NCBI GenBank assembly: GCA_963767925.1
Contig: CAVYGB010000008.1
Span: 2,720,001 to 2,784,000 of the forward strand
Source: an uncultured delta proteobacterium
GTDB taxonomy: Bacteria; Myxococcota_A; Polyangia; Fen-1088
DNA: 64,000 bases
Direction of reading: 5' to 3'
A program made the translations under genes and the position numbers. The number at the start of each line of letters is the position of its first letter. Within the stretch, counting starts at the first letter, position 1. Under the pieces are notes generated by a model. The model ran no database searches. It was not told the origin of the DNA and saw nothing but the letters and a program-made list of their open reading frames with translations. Shown one piece after another: positions 29,460 to 40,948 of the stretch.

Positions 29460-29996
29460 TCAGGGTGTTGGTTTGCTGGAGAAGAGGCGGAAGAGGTATT
29501 CGCCGGCGAGGCCCAGGAGGGGGGGGACGATCAGGGCGGGGAGGAGGCGGGCGGCGGTGAGGGGCCAGCCGAGGAGGGGGGCCTCGTAGGTGAGCGCGCG
29601 GACGGGGCTTAGGAGGGTTTTTGCCGTCACGAGGGCGATCAGGGCGCCGGGGCTGGCGCCCTTGGCGTGGAGGCCGGCGACGAGGGGGAAGAGGAGGTAG
29701 GGGCCGCCTGGGAGCAGGAGGCCGATGGCCCAGCCGGCGAGGAGGCCGCGACCGGGGGCGTCTCCGCCCAGCCAGCGGGTGAGGGTGGCGGCGGGGAAGA
29801 GGACGTCGACCATGCCGGCCAGGAGGAAGCCCAGGGCGATCTCCAGCCAGACCGAGCCGAGCAGGCGGCCCGAGGCGCGCAGGCCCTGCAGCGGGAGGGC
29901 TGGGTCCCGGTAGAAGGCGACGCCGGTGGCGGCGAGGAGGACGGCCAGCAGGATCAGGAGATTGGCGTTCACGCGGCGGCCTCGGACCGGTTTCAT
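29460..29996 (-). CDS. Predicted permease (DUF318/ArsP-like half)
   Basis: Hydrophobic; LTRWLGG, LLLPGGPYLLFPL, YEAPLLG; start may be GTG 29972. Confidence 0.7.
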   Translation of the reverse strand: MKPVRGRRVNANLLILLAVLLAATGVAFYRDPALPLQGLRASGRLLGSVWLEIALGFLLAGMVDVLFPAATLTRWLGGDAPGRGLLAGWAIGLLLPGGPYLLFPLVAGLHAKGASPGALIALVTAKTLLSPVRALTYEAPLLGWPLTAARLLPALIVPPLLGLAGEYLFRLFSSKPTP

Positions 29997-30014
29997 CGTC
30001 TGGCCCGGGAGCCC

Positions 30015-31472
30015 TCAGGGAATGACCCGGGTGGCGCAGCCAAACAGGAGGTCGAGGCGGGTGGCCGCGTCGGCCTTGAAGCGGGTGCAGCTCGCCGGGC
30101 AGATGATCACCTGGCTGGGCGCGCCGCCCGCGGGATCCACGTCGTAATACCAGCCGCCCGTTACCGGGTCGCAGCGGTCGGCGCGCTCGACGTAGAGGAT
30201 GTCCTGGGCCCCGGCGCTTCCGCTGGCCCGCACGTTGACCTTGCCGAAGTCGACGGCGCCGGTCTGGGGCGGGATGGTGAACGCGCAGGGCAAGGCGGCG
30301 CCCCGGATCTGGTTGAGCGTATCGAGGAACCGCCGGGTCAGATCTTCGGTGGGGGTCAACACGATGGCGCTCCCGGTCCCGCCGGCCATGGCCCAGCGGT
30401 TGACCGCGTCGGTGCCGTTGATCTGGTTCGGGGCGAAGATGGCGATGACGTGGGTCGAGATGGCGGGCGTGGCGGCGGCCGCCGCGGCGATCACGCTCGA
30501 GACCATGCCGACCGTGCCCCCGCTGCACCCGAGCGGCAGACCGTCGGTGAAGAGCACCAGGGCGGCGCGCCGCCCCGGGTTGGCGGCCAGGTGCTGGCGC
30601 AGGTGGTTCAGGGTTCCCTCGACCGCCGGCACGGTCGGGGTGTGGCCGATCGGCTCCTTGCCGAGGATGGTGCCGGTGACCGACGCGGCCACGCCGGGCA
30701 GCTCGGCGATCGGCACCGTCAGCCTCTCGTAGTCCGCGCGCGTGCAGCTCCCGGTGCCGATGTTCTTGCAGTACAGGGGGCGGGCGCCGCACAGGCCCCC
30801 GCCGCCGGGGCAGGCCTGCCCGAGCTGGTAGCAGGGGGCCCCGTTGCCCGCGCAGCGCCCCAGGGTGGTGCAGGTCCCGCCGAACGGGCAGACCGGGTCG
30901 TCCGGGTCGCAGGTGCGGTTCTGGTGCACCGGCTGGCCGCTGGCCGTGCAGACGCTCTTGGCCACGCAGTACCCGTCCCCGGTGACCCCGGGCATCGCGC
31001 AGGCGTCGCCGCTGGTGCAAATCAGGTCGTCGCCGGCGAGGGGAAAGAACTGCAGCCCGATGCCCAGCCCGGCCGAGCGGGGATCCTCGAGGAACAACCG
31101 CAGCGCGTTCTGGGTGAGCAGCCACTTGGTCTGGGCGCCTGCCAGCTCGTACATCGAGCCCGATGTGTCGACGAGCAGGACCAAATCGAGCGGTACCTGC
31201 CTGGCCTCGTGGGTCTCGCTGGCGCAGGCCATGGTCGGCGTGAGCGCGCCCGGCGGCCCGCCGTCGGCGGGTGGCCCGGCGTCGGGCAGGGTGAAGCCGG
31301 GATCGGCCGGCGTGGGCGCCCCGCCCGGACCCGGGCCCGCCCCCGCCGCTCCGCCCGGGCCGGCCTGGGCGCCGATGACCATCGGCTTGCCGCAGGCGGC
31401 GCCGGCACAGAAAAGGACGAGCGCCACCACGCTGGCGCGGACCCGGTCATCGCGAGAACGAGGGCTGGCCAT
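30015..31472 (-). CDS. Cys-rich vWA-domain lipoprotein
   Basis: AAC lipobox, MIDAS LVDTSGSM, TPT, LFTDGLP, GWYYD..ICPASC C-terminus. Confidence 0.82.
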   Translation of the reverse strand: MASPRSRDDRVRASVVALVLFCAGAACGKPMVIGAQAGPGGAAGAGPGPGGAPTPADPGFTLPDAGPPADGGPPGALTPTMACASETHEARQVPLDLVLLVDTSGSMYELAGAQTKWLLTQNALRLFLEDPRSAGLGIGLQFFPLAGDDLICTSGDACAMPGVTGDGYCVAKSVCTASGQPVHQNRTCDPDDPVCPFGGTCTTLGRCAGNGAPCYQLGQACPGGGGLCGARPLYCKNIGTGSCTRADYERLTVPIAELPGVAASVTGTILGKEPIGHTPTVPAVEGTLNHLRQHLAANPGRRAALVLFTDGLPLGCSGGTVGMVSSVIAAAAAATPAISTHVIAIFAPNQINGTDAVNRWAMAGGTGSAIVLTPTEDLTRRFLDTLNQIRGAALPCAFTIPPQTGAVDFGKVNVRASGSAGAQDILYVERADRCDPVTGGWYYDVDPAGGAPSQVIICPASCTRFKADAATRLDLLFGCATRVIP

Positions 31473-31628
31473 GGACGGCCGGTAGTCTAGAGCACCCCTC
31501 CGGCAGGGGGGTCAAGGATTCCGCCGGCGACCGCAGTTCCCGCGCCGCGTCCGCCGCCACCAGAGTAAGCCGAATACCAGAGACCTCCGCCGGCGCGAGC
31601 GGGGCCGCCCGCGCCCAGCCGCTCGCGC

Positions 31629-32351
31629 TCAGGTGAGCCGCAAGCCGACGTCGAACGTGGTGGCGTAGCCGGAGGCCTCCGGCTGCAGCTCCGCGGTGAG
31701 CTCACCGCCTCGCCCGGTCCGGAAGATGGCGTCGCTGGCGTTGAGAGACCGGCCCGGCTTGCCCGAGTAGGGCGCCTGGCGGAAGACCACCTCGTTGATC
31801 GGCTCGGGAAAATAGAGCTGCGAGGTGAAGTCGAAGCTGGCCGAGAGCGCGGTGCGGATCTTGAAATGGATGTGCGCGGGCCGCCCGGCGTACCAGCCGG
31901 GATAGATGGTGAGAAACTCGGTGCGGCCGGCGTCGTCGCTGCGCTGGAACCCCCGCAGGAACCGCTTGCCCTGGGTGTCGAACGCGCCGGTGGGATCGGC
32001 GACCCCCGCGTAGACCCCGCTGGCGTCGCACTGCCAGACGTCGACGATGGCGCCGGCCAGGGGCTGGCAGCCCTGATCGGCGTCGAAGGTCCGCAGGATC
32101 AGGCGTAGCGGCACCCCCGGGCGGATCGAGCCGTCCGAGGGGTCCGAGCGAATGTCGCTGCGTTCGAGCTGCTGGTCGAGGAAATAGGGGCCCTCCGTCT
32201 GCTGCGGGCGCAGCAGGCAGGCGCCCGCGGTCTCCCCGCCGGGCCCGCCAGCGGGCACCCCGTGGCCACACCCCGGCCACAGGCCAGCGGCGCCGAGGGC
32301 AGCGCCGCCGCGTACCAGGTCCCGTCGCGAGAGCCGCGCCGCCATGCCCAC
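31629..32351 (-). CDS. Tat-exported intradiol ring-cleavage dioxygenase-like protein
   Basis: SRRDLV, TEGPYF, VDVWQCDASGVY, FLRGFQ, TIYPGWYAGRPAHIHFK. Confidence 0.88.
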   Translation of the reverse strand: MGMAARLSRRDLVRGGAALGAAGLWPGCGHGVPAGGPGGETAGACLLRPQQTEGPYFLDQQLERSDIRSDPSDGSIRPGVPLRLILRTFDADQGCQPLAGAIVDVWQCDASGVYAGVADPTGAFDTQGKRFLRGFQRSDDAGRTEFLTIYPGWYAGRPAHIHFKIRTALSASFDFTSQLYFPEPINEVVFRQAPYSGKPGRSLNASDAIFRTGRGGELTAELQPEASGYATTFDVGLRLT

Positions 32352-32408
32352 GTGTCGACCGGAGTCTGCTTTTTTGATAACCGGTTCCCTCGCTGCGCTC
32401 GGGCCCGG

Positions 32409-32840
32409 CTAGCCCCCAGGGCCGTCGGCCATGATGTAGCCCTCGAGGCTGTCCACCTTCAGCTCGAGGTCGTTCATGAGGTCGTAAAGCAAATAGCGGA
32501 GCGCGACCAGCCCCAGCAGGTCGCCGTGCTCGTCGACAACCGCGAGGTGGCGGATGTGCCGCTCGCGCATGATCGCCGCCGCCTGGGCCACCGAGGTCGA
32601 GTTGGGGACCGTCTCCACGGGCCGGGACATGACCTCGCGGATGGGGGTCGTGCTGGCGTCCAGCCCGGGATGCACCACGCGTTTCATGAGGTCGCGCTCG
32701 GTGAAGATGCCGGCGATCCGGCGCCCTGAGGTCACCGCGATCGCTCCCACCTGAGCTTCAATCATCACGCGCACAGCCTCCCTGACCGATACGTCAGGCG
32801 AAACCTCGGGCGTTTCCTGAGCCAGCCGCATCAAACCCAT
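32409..32840 (-). CDS. CBS-domain pair protein
   Basis: GIFTERDL, IREVMSRPV, IRHLAVVD; GGAGG RBS. Confidence 0.88.
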   Translation of the reverse strand: MGLMRLAQETPEVSPDVSVREAVRVMIEAQVGAIAVTSGRRIAGIFTERDLMKRVVHPGLDASTTPIREVMSRPVETVPNSTSVAQAAAIMRERHIRHLAVVDEHGDLLGLVALRYLLYDLMNDLELKVDSLEGYIMADGPGG

Positions 32841-32939
32841 GGCCACCTCCACCGGGCAGTCTACCTGTCCGGGAACGCCCGCCAACAGGAACCCGTTTAG
32901 CCCCTGAATTGTGTGGCCGACGCCGCGCGCGATGAGGGT

Positions 32940-33488
32940 CTACGAGGTCGGGGCTGTTCCCGAGAAATGGGGCACGGAGTGGACGACGTAGTGCCGGCGG
33001 GTCCATTCGGCCATGGCGATCCCGGCCGCCACCGTGACCGGAAAGGAGTGGTTGATGCCGTACATCGGGATGGCCACCACCTCGTCGGCCGCCTCGATCA
33101 GGCTGGGGGGCACGCCGTGGGTCTCGCTGCCGAACACCATCAGACATTGCTCGGGCAGTCGGGCCCGCCACAGATCTACCGCCGCCTGCTCGCGCTCGAA
33201 CACCGCCAGCGGCAGCTCGCGCGCGCGGGCCCAGGCGATCAGCTCGCCCTCGTCGGCCAGGTTCACGATGTTCTCGTACCGCTCCATGCCCATCGACGCC
33301 CGCTCGTAGTAGGGCTCGTCGCCCACCAGCACGATGTCGCGCACGAGGAAGGAGTGGGCAGTGCGGATGATGGCCCCCACGTTGAAGGGGTTGTGCGATC
33401 GCAGAACCGCGATGCTGAGCGGCCGCCGGATCCGGTCGAGGCTGGCCCGGATCTCCTCGGCGGGCAGCTCGAAGGCGGGGATCTTCAT
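32940..33488 (-). CDS. TrmH/SpoU-family RNA methyltransferase
   Basis: NPFNVGAIIRTA, VFGSETHGV, IPMYGINHSFPVTVAAGI. Confidence 0.88.
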   Translation of the reverse strand: MKIPAFELPAEEIRASLDRIRRPLSIAVLRSHNPFNVGAIIRTAHSFLVRDIVLVGDEPYYERASMGMERYENIVNLADEGELIAWARARELPLAVFEREQAAVDLWRARLPEQCLMVFGSETHGVPPSLIEAADEVVAIPMYGINHSFPVTVAAGIAMAEWTRRHYVVHSVPHFSGTAPTS

Positions 33489-33958
33489 TTGCGCCAGGCC
33501 CGGAAAAGCAGGCTGCCCAGCACCCCGGCCAGCGCCCCCAGGATCAGCACCCACCAGAACCAGCCGCGGCGGCTGACGACGGTGCCCGGCGGCTGGGAGG
33601 GGGTGAGCTGGGCGCTCGCCATGCCGACGATGCGGGCCTGCATCCGGGTGGCCAGGCCGTTGGCGGGCTCCCGATCGAGGTGGCTCCGGTACATCCGGCC
33701 GGCGGCGGGCAGCCGCCCCACCGTCGAGCAGTGCTTGACGAAGGTGTCGTGGCGGGCCTCGTCGTCCCAGCGCTCGACCAGCTCGGCCCACAGCCGCTGC
33801 CCCTGCTCGTCGAGGGGCTGCAGGGGAGCCGCCCGATCCGGCGACCAGCGCGCGAACATCAGGCCACAGCGGGCGCAGGTCTCGGCGCCCGGGTCGCGCA
33901 GGCGGCCGCACTTGGGGCAATCGGACTGGGTTCCCTGCTCGGTCGGCGTCTCGGTCAT
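33485..33958 (-). CDS. Zn-ribbon protein with C-terminal TM helix
   Basis: CPKCG...CARCG; ATGA overlaps on both sides. Confidence 0.7.
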   Translation of the reverse strand: MTETPTEQGTQSDCPKCGRLRDPGAETCARCGLMFARWSPDRAAPLQPLDEQGQRLWAELVERWDDEARHDTFVKHCSTVGRLPAAGRMYRSHLDREPANGLATRMQARIVGMASAQLTPSQPPGTVVSRRGWFWWVLILGALAGVLGSLLFRAWRK

Positions 33959-34974
33959 GGCGGGGCTCCCGCGGTAGGCGGCGCGGCGGCGCCGATGCTG
34001 TAACGAAGGGGCACGGGCATGAAGATCAGGACGAAGGAGATCGCCACCACCCAGAACAGGGCGATCCGGCTGCGCGGCAGCGGGGTGTAGTCGTCGACCG
34101 GCGGATGGTCCATCCCCCGGGCCATGCGCCCGAGCAGGGCCAGCAGCACGTACCAGACCAGCCAGGCCAGGGCGGCGTTGATGGCGATCAGGAAGGGGGT
34201 CAACCCCTCGGGCAGCGCCTGGCCGCCCGCCTCTCGCTGGGCCAGGCGGTACACCCAGCCGAAGGCCACGAGCGACATCCAGGGCAAGGCCTGGTGGATC
34301 ACCCGGGCGATGCGCCGGTAGCGGTTGCCGAAGTAGGCGGTGGCGATGTGGCCCCCGTCGAGCTGGCCGATGGGCAGCAGGTTGATCATCGTGACGAACA
34401 GGCCGGCCCAGCCCGCCCAGGCCGTCGGATGCAAGATCACGTCGCGGCCGCCGCTCGGCAGCCAGGCGCCCTTCACCGCGTATTTCAGGCTGGCGTAGAG
34501 GAGGGAGTTGCCCTCCTGCATGCCGACGCCGTTGAGCAGCTTCACCTCCGAGAGGTAAAGGCCGTAGGCCAGCACCGGGATGGCCACAACCAGCCCGGCC
34601 AGGGGCCCGGCCGCGCCGATGTCGATCAGCTTGCGGCGGTCGGTGGTGCCGGCCTGGGTGATGACGGCGCCCATGGTGCCGAACAGCCCGAACCCGGGCG
34701 GCAGGGGGATGAAGTAGGGCAGCGAGGCGGGCACCCCGTGCCGGCGGGCCGCGAAGTAGTGCCCGAACTCGTGGCACACGAGGATGGCCAGGAGGGGCAG
34801 GGAATAGGAGAGCCCGTCCTCGAGGGGGAACAGCGAGCGCGGGTGCACGAAGAGGGCCCCGGTCGCGGTGGTGGTGAACAGGGTGACCACGAACAGCAGC
34901 AGGTGCAGCCACAGCCGCGGGGGAGGCTCGTCGAAAGCCGTCGGTTCGGGGGTCGAGGTGTCCCGCTCGTTCAT
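33955..34974 (-). CDS. Site-2 protease (M50)
   Basis: HEFGH, GAAGPLAG, NLLPIGQLDGGH. Confidence 0.92.
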   Translation of the reverse strand: MNERDTSTPEPTAFDEPPPRLWLHLLLFVVTLFTTTATGALFVHPRSLFPLEDGLSYSLPLLAILVCHEFGHYFAARRHGVPASLPYFIPLPPGFGLFGTMGAVITQAGTTDRRKLIDIGAAGPLAGLVVAIPVLAYGLYLSEVKLLNGVGMQEGNSLLYASLKYAVKGAWLPSGGRDVILHPTAWAGWAGLFVTMINLLPIGQLDGGHIATAYFGNRYRRIARVIHQALPWMSLVAFGWVYRLAQREAGGQALPEGLTPFLIAINAALAWLVWYVLLALLGRMARGMDHPPVDDYTPLPRSRIALFWVVAISFVLIFMPVPLRYSIGAAAPPTAGAPP

Positions 34975-36098
34975 CGTTTTCGCTTCCCCGACTCCCGCAA
35001 TTCGGCCGGCTCGGTCCCTGATGATACAACGAGTTTTCGAAAGGCCTCCCGACGCGGCAGCGCGTCCACCGGCAAGCTGGCCTCCAGCCGCCCGAGCAGC
35101 GCGCGGACCTCCGCCGGCAGCACGGTGGGCGTCTCGATGACCACCCGCACGTGGGCGTCCCCCCGCGGCAGACCCCCGGCCCGGGGCAGGCCTTTGCCCC
35201 GCAGGCGAAACACCGCGCCCGACTGGGTCCCCGGCGGGACCTTCATCCGCACGGTCGTGTCGAGCAGGGGCACCTCCACCTCCGCCCCCAGGGCGGCCTC
35301 GGTCGGCGACACCGGCAGCTCACACACGAGGAGACCGGCTTCTTCCCGGTAGAACTCGTGCGGCCGCACCCGGACGTTGACGTAGAGATCGCCCGCGGGC
35401 CCGCCCCGCCGGCCCGGCGAGCCCTCGCCCGCCACCCGCTGCACGCTGCCGGCCACCGACCCGGGCGGGACCCGGACCTGGTAGTCCTTGTCCCGCTCGA
35501 TGAGGCCGGTGCCGCCGCAGGTCCGGCAGCGCGAGCGGGGAACCTCCCCCGCGCCGCCGCAGGCCAGGCACTCCCGCCGGGCCGAGAAGAACCCGGTCCG
35601 CTGCCGGGTGAACCCCTTGCCCGCGCACTTGTTGCAGCCGATGAGCCCGGCCGCCCCCCCCTCGGCGCCGGTGCCGCTGCAAGCCCCGCAGTCCTCCTGG
35701 CGGGTGAAGCGGATGCCCTTTTCGCAGCCGATGGCCGCCTCGGTGAACTCGAGCTCGAGGGTGTAGCGCAGGTCCTGGCCGGCCGCCTTCTTGCGCCCCA
35801 GCCCGAACAGGTCGCCGAAGATGGCGTCGAAGAAGTCGGTCGCGCTCTCGAGATCGGTGCCCACCCCGAAGGCCACGTCGGCGGCCTGGCCGAACCGGTC
35901 GTAGCGGGCGCGCTTGTCCTCGTCGCCCAGCACGGCGTAGGCCAGCGAGACTTCCTTGAAGCGCTCCTCGGCCCGCCGGTCGCCCTGGTTGCGGTCGGGG
36001 TGGAACTTCAGGGCGAGCTTGCGGTAGGCGGCCTTGATCTCGGGCGTGGAGGCAGAGCGCTCGACCCCGAGCACGCCATAGTGATCACCTTGCGCCAT
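34971..36098 (-). CDS. dnaJ: Chaperone DnaJ
   Basis: J-domain HPD; four CxxCxGxG repeats. Confidence 0.93.
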   Translation of the reverse strand: MAQGDHYGVLGVERSASTPEIKAAYRKLALKFHPDRNQGDRRAEERFKEVSLAYAVLGDEDKRARYDRFGQAADVAFGVGTDLESATDFFDAIFGDLFGLGRKKAAGQDLRYTLELEFTEAAIGCEKGIRFTRQEDCGACSGTGAEGGAAGLIGCNKCAGKGFTRQRTGFFSARRECLACGGAGEVPRSRCRTCGGTGLIERDKDYQVRVPPGSVAGSVQRVAGEGSPGRRGGPAGDLYVNVRVRPHEFYREEAGLLVCELPVSPTEAALGAEVEVPLLDTTVRMKVPPGTQSGAVFRLRGKGLPRAGGLPRGDAHVRVVIETPTVLPAEVRALLGRLEASLPVDALPRREAFRKLVVSSGTEPAELRESGKRKR

Positions 36099-36129
36099 GG
36101 CCAGGCCGTCGCCGGTCGCGCCGACGTGG

Positions 36130-37941
<1,812 letters not shown>

Positions 37942-37950
37942 GGTGAACGA

Positions 37951-38583
37951 TCAAGCCTTGTCGGATCCGTCCGCTTCCGCCGAGCCGTTGGCCTGGGGGG
38001 GAGTGGCCGGAGCCGGCGCCACCGCCACCACGACCATCGCCGGGCGGAGCAGGCGCTCGCCGATGCGGTAACCCTTCTGCACCTCGCTGAGCACCGATCC
38101 CGGAGGGGCGTCGCTGCTGGGCACCTGGGAGATGGCGTCGTGCAGGCGGGGATCGAAGGGCTGTCCCTTGGCCTCCAGGGGCTTGACGTCGTACCGCTCG
38201 AGCTTGCTCTGGAACAGGCGCAGGACCAGGGCCACCCCCTGCTCCAGGGCCTTGACGTCGGAGGCCCCCTCGACGGCGGCCGACGCCCGCTCGAGGTTGT
38301 CGGCCACCTCCAGCAGGTCCTTCAGCACGGCCTCCCGCGCCTTGTTCTCGCTATCCGTCTGCTCTCGGCGGACCCGTTTCTTGTAGTTGTCGAACTCGGC
38401 CGCGATGCGGAGCATCCGATCGCGCATCTCCACCCGTTCGGCCTCCAGGGCGACGATCTGGGCCTGGGGATCCCGCTCGCGGCGGGGCTCGCTGGCAGGC
38501 GGGGGCACGGCCACTGGCCCGCGGCCCTCTTCGGGGCCTGCGCCCTCCCCTTCGACGTCCGGATGCTCTTGGTTTTCGCTCAT
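37951..38583 (-). CDS. grpE: Nucleotide exchange factor GrpE
   Basis: AEFDNYKKR, FDPRLHDA, QKGYRIGERLLRPAMV. Confidence 0.95.
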   Translation of the reverse strand: MSENQEHPDVEGEGAGPEEGRGPVAVPPPASEPRRERDPQAQIVALEAERVEMRDRMLRIAAEFDNYKKRVRREQTDSENKAREAVLKDLLEVADNLERASAAVEGASDVKALEQGVALVLRLFQSKLERYDVKPLEAKGQPFDPRLHDAISQVPSSDAPPGSVLSEVQKGYRIGERLLRPAMVVVAVAPAPATPPQANGSAEADGSDKA

Positions 38584-38644
38584 GTCCGAGGAGCTTATTT
38601 TCGCACAGCCTGGCCGACAACTCTGCAAATCGGCCGGTGGCTCC

Positions 38645-39676
38645 CTATAACTTCGGTAGAGCCTCTGTAATCACCTCGGCGGTGAAGTCAACCAAAGGGA
38701 TGACCTTGGAGTAGTTCATGCGCGAGGGACCGATGACCCCGATGGTGCCGAGGGGACGCCCCTCCCCACCATAGGTGGCGGCTACCACCGAGATGTCGGT
38801 GAGGTCGGGTAGGTTGGCTTCCGCCCCGATGAACACGCAGATGCCCGGCGCGGACAGGGTGCGGTCGAGCAGCCGGACCAGGAGGTCCTTCTCCTCCAGG
38901 GCCCGCATCACCCGCTTGGCCCGGTCGACGTCTTCGGTGCCGGTCAGGAGGTTGGACTGCCCGTCCACCAGCAGCACGCTGCCCGCGACCTCGGCAGGAA
39001 CGGCGGCGGCGGCCAGCTCGAGGGCCCGGGCCAGCACCTGATTGTTGGCGATCTTGTCGTCCTCGATCTCCTTGGCGATGCGGGTCCGCATCTCGGAGAG
39101 GGTGAGCCCCGCCACCAGGGTGTTGAGGTAGTTGTTGACCTGGTCGAGATCGCTGCCCGACAGGGAGAACTCGGTGGTGACGAGCTTGTTCTGGATCTGC
39201 CCGCTGGCCGTCGCGATGACGGCGAGCAGGGTGTTCTCCCGCAGCTTGACGAACTCCAGGTGGGAGATGGCGTCGTTCTCGGGGCGCGGCGCCTGCACCA
39301 CCACCGCGAGGTGAGACAGCTCGCGCAGCACCCGGGTGGTACGCTGCATGACCACGTCCTGGAGGTCGGAGGGGGCCACCGCCAGCCGCTCGCGGATGCC
39401 CTCCTTCTCGGTCTGCGAGAGGCTCCGCACGCGCAGCAGGGTGTCCACGTAGTAGCGCAAACCCCGATCGGTCGGGATCCGTCCGGCCGATGTGTGCAGG
39501 TGTCGGAGCAGGCCCTGGTCCTCGAGGTCGCTCATCACCGTGCGTACGGTGGCCGGCGACACGTCGACGCCGTAGCGGCGGGTGACCGTCTCGGAGCCGA
39601 CAGCTTCGCCGGTCGCCAGGTATTCGGACACCACGGCGTGCAAGATTCTCTTCGCCCGAGCGCCGATGTCCGTCAC
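38645..39676 (-). CDS. hrcA: Heat-inducible transcription repressor HrcA
   Basis: SPATVRTVMSDLE, HTSAGRIPTDRGLRYYVD, GVIGPSRMNY. Confidence 0.95.
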   Translation of the reverse strand: MTDIGARAKRILHAVVSEYLATGEAVGSETVTRRYGVDVSPATVRTVMSDLEDQGLLRHLHTSAGRIPTDRGLRYYVDTLLRVRSLSQTEKEGIRERLAVAPSDLQDVVMQRTTRVLRELSHLAVVVQAPRPENDAISHLEFVKLRENTLLAVIATASGQIQNKLVTTEFSLSGSDLDQVNNYLNTLVAGLTLSEMRTRIAKEIEDDKIANNQVLARALELAAAAVPAEVAGSVLLVDGQSNLLTGTEDVDRAKRVMRALEEKDLLVRLLDRTLSAPGICVFIGAEANLPDLTDISVVAATYGGEGRPLGTIGVIGPSRMNYSKVIPLVDFTAEVITEALPKL

Positions 39677-40920
39677 AAGTTGTTGTATTTACCGTATTTG
39701 GCCGGCTGCAGCCACAGCCTGGCGGCCACTTCGTCGGCGAACAGGACACCTTCGTCGGAAAGACGCAGGACCTGGGGCGTCACGTCCAGCCAGCCGCTCG
39801 CCCGGCAACGCTCGGCCTCCCGGCTCCGCTCGGCGCTCTCCAGCGGGTCGGCGCCGAAGCGGCGGCGGTGCGCCTCCCGGTCGATACCGTCGCCAGTCCG
39901 CAGGCCGAGCCAGAGGGCCTCGTTCTCCAGATCGGCCGATGTCCGGCGCTCCACCTTGGCGGGCCGGGGTCCCCCGGCGCGGGCGGCCCCCCGCAGATAG
40001 GTCTCCGTGCTGCGCGGATTGGAGAAGCGCCAGCCGCTGCCGTCGGTGAGGGGCCGGAACGAGGCGGCGGAGGCGCCCACCCCCAGGTACGAGGCCTGGG
40101 TCCAGTAGAGCTGGTTGTGGACGGCACGGAAGCCGTCGCGGGCGTGGCTCGAGATCTCGTAGGCCCGGTAGCCCGCGTCGGCCAGGGCTCGTTTGCCCCA
40201 GCGAAACATCTCCGCCGCCACCTCGTCGTCGGGCCGCTCGAGCCGCCCCCGGCGGTTCAGCGAGGCATAGGCGGTCCCCGGCTCGACGGTGAGCGCGTAG
40301 GCCGAGACGTGCTCGGGGCCGAGGGCGACCAGCTCCTCCACCGATCGCTGCCACAGCGTCATCGTCTGGCCCGGCACGGCGAACATCAGGTCGCAGGTCA
40401 GGTTGGCAAAGCCCGCCCGCCGGGCGGCCTGAAACGCGGTGCGGGCGGCGGCGGCCCCGTGGTTGCGGCCCAGCCGCGTCAGCAGCCCGTCGTCGAGGGA
40501 CTGCACCCCCAGGGAGATCCGGTTGACCCCCGCCGCCGCCAGGGCCACGAACCGCGCCTCGTCCACCTCGCCCGGGTTGGCCTCGACGGTGATCTCCAGG
40601 CTGGCGGCGGGTCCGGCCTGGAAGCAGCGGCGCACGGTCTCGATGACCCGGCCGATCTGGGCCGGAAGCCACAACCCGGGGGTCCCGCCCCCGAAGTAGA
40701 GGCTGCGCAGGGCCGGGAGGGTCCCGCCGCCCCCTCCGAACCAGCTCGCCCGGGCCTCGATCTCGCCGATCACGGCGTCGGCGTAGGCGACGTGGGGGAT
40801 GTCGCTGCGCACGTCGACGGCGAAGTCGCAGTAGGGGCAACGCACGCCGCAGAACGGATAGTGGACGTACACACCGAGCGGGCGCGTCGCATCGAGCTCA
40901 CCGGCGTTCGGATCTTCCAC
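39673..40920 (-). CDS. hemW: Radical SAM haem chaperone HemW
   Basis: YVHYPFCGVRCPYCDF, GGGTP, YEISSHA, HNQLYW; position upstream of hrcA; start GTG 40920 preferred over ATG 40950. Confidence 0.9.
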   Translation of the reverse strand: MEDPNAGELDATRPLGVYVHYPFCGVRCPYCDFAVDVRSDIPHVAYADAVIGEIEARASWFGGGGGTLPALRSLYFGGGTPGLWLPAQIGRVIETVRRCFQAGPAASLEITVEANPGEVDEARFVALAAAGVNRISLGVQSLDDGLLTRLGRNHGAAAARTAFQAARRAGFANLTCDLMFAVPGQTMTLWQRSVEELVALGPEHVSAYALTVEPGTAYASLNRRGRLERPDDEVAAEMFRWGKRALADAGYRAYEISSHARDGFRAVHNQLYWTQASYLGVGASAASFRPLTDGSGWRFSNPRSTETYLRGAARAGGPRPAKVERRTSADLENEALWLGLRTGDGIDREAHRRRFGADPLESAERSREAERCRASGWLDVTPQVLRLSDEGVLFADEVAARLWLQPAKYGKYNNL

Positions 40921-40948
40921 GTCCGACAGGGTAGATTCCGGCGCTCGC

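Noticed and set aside
32872..32899. Fifth GGAAC-N17-CGTTTA motif
   Set aside because: On the plus strand, pointing antisense into the SpoU gene with no sense gene downstream; may be chance
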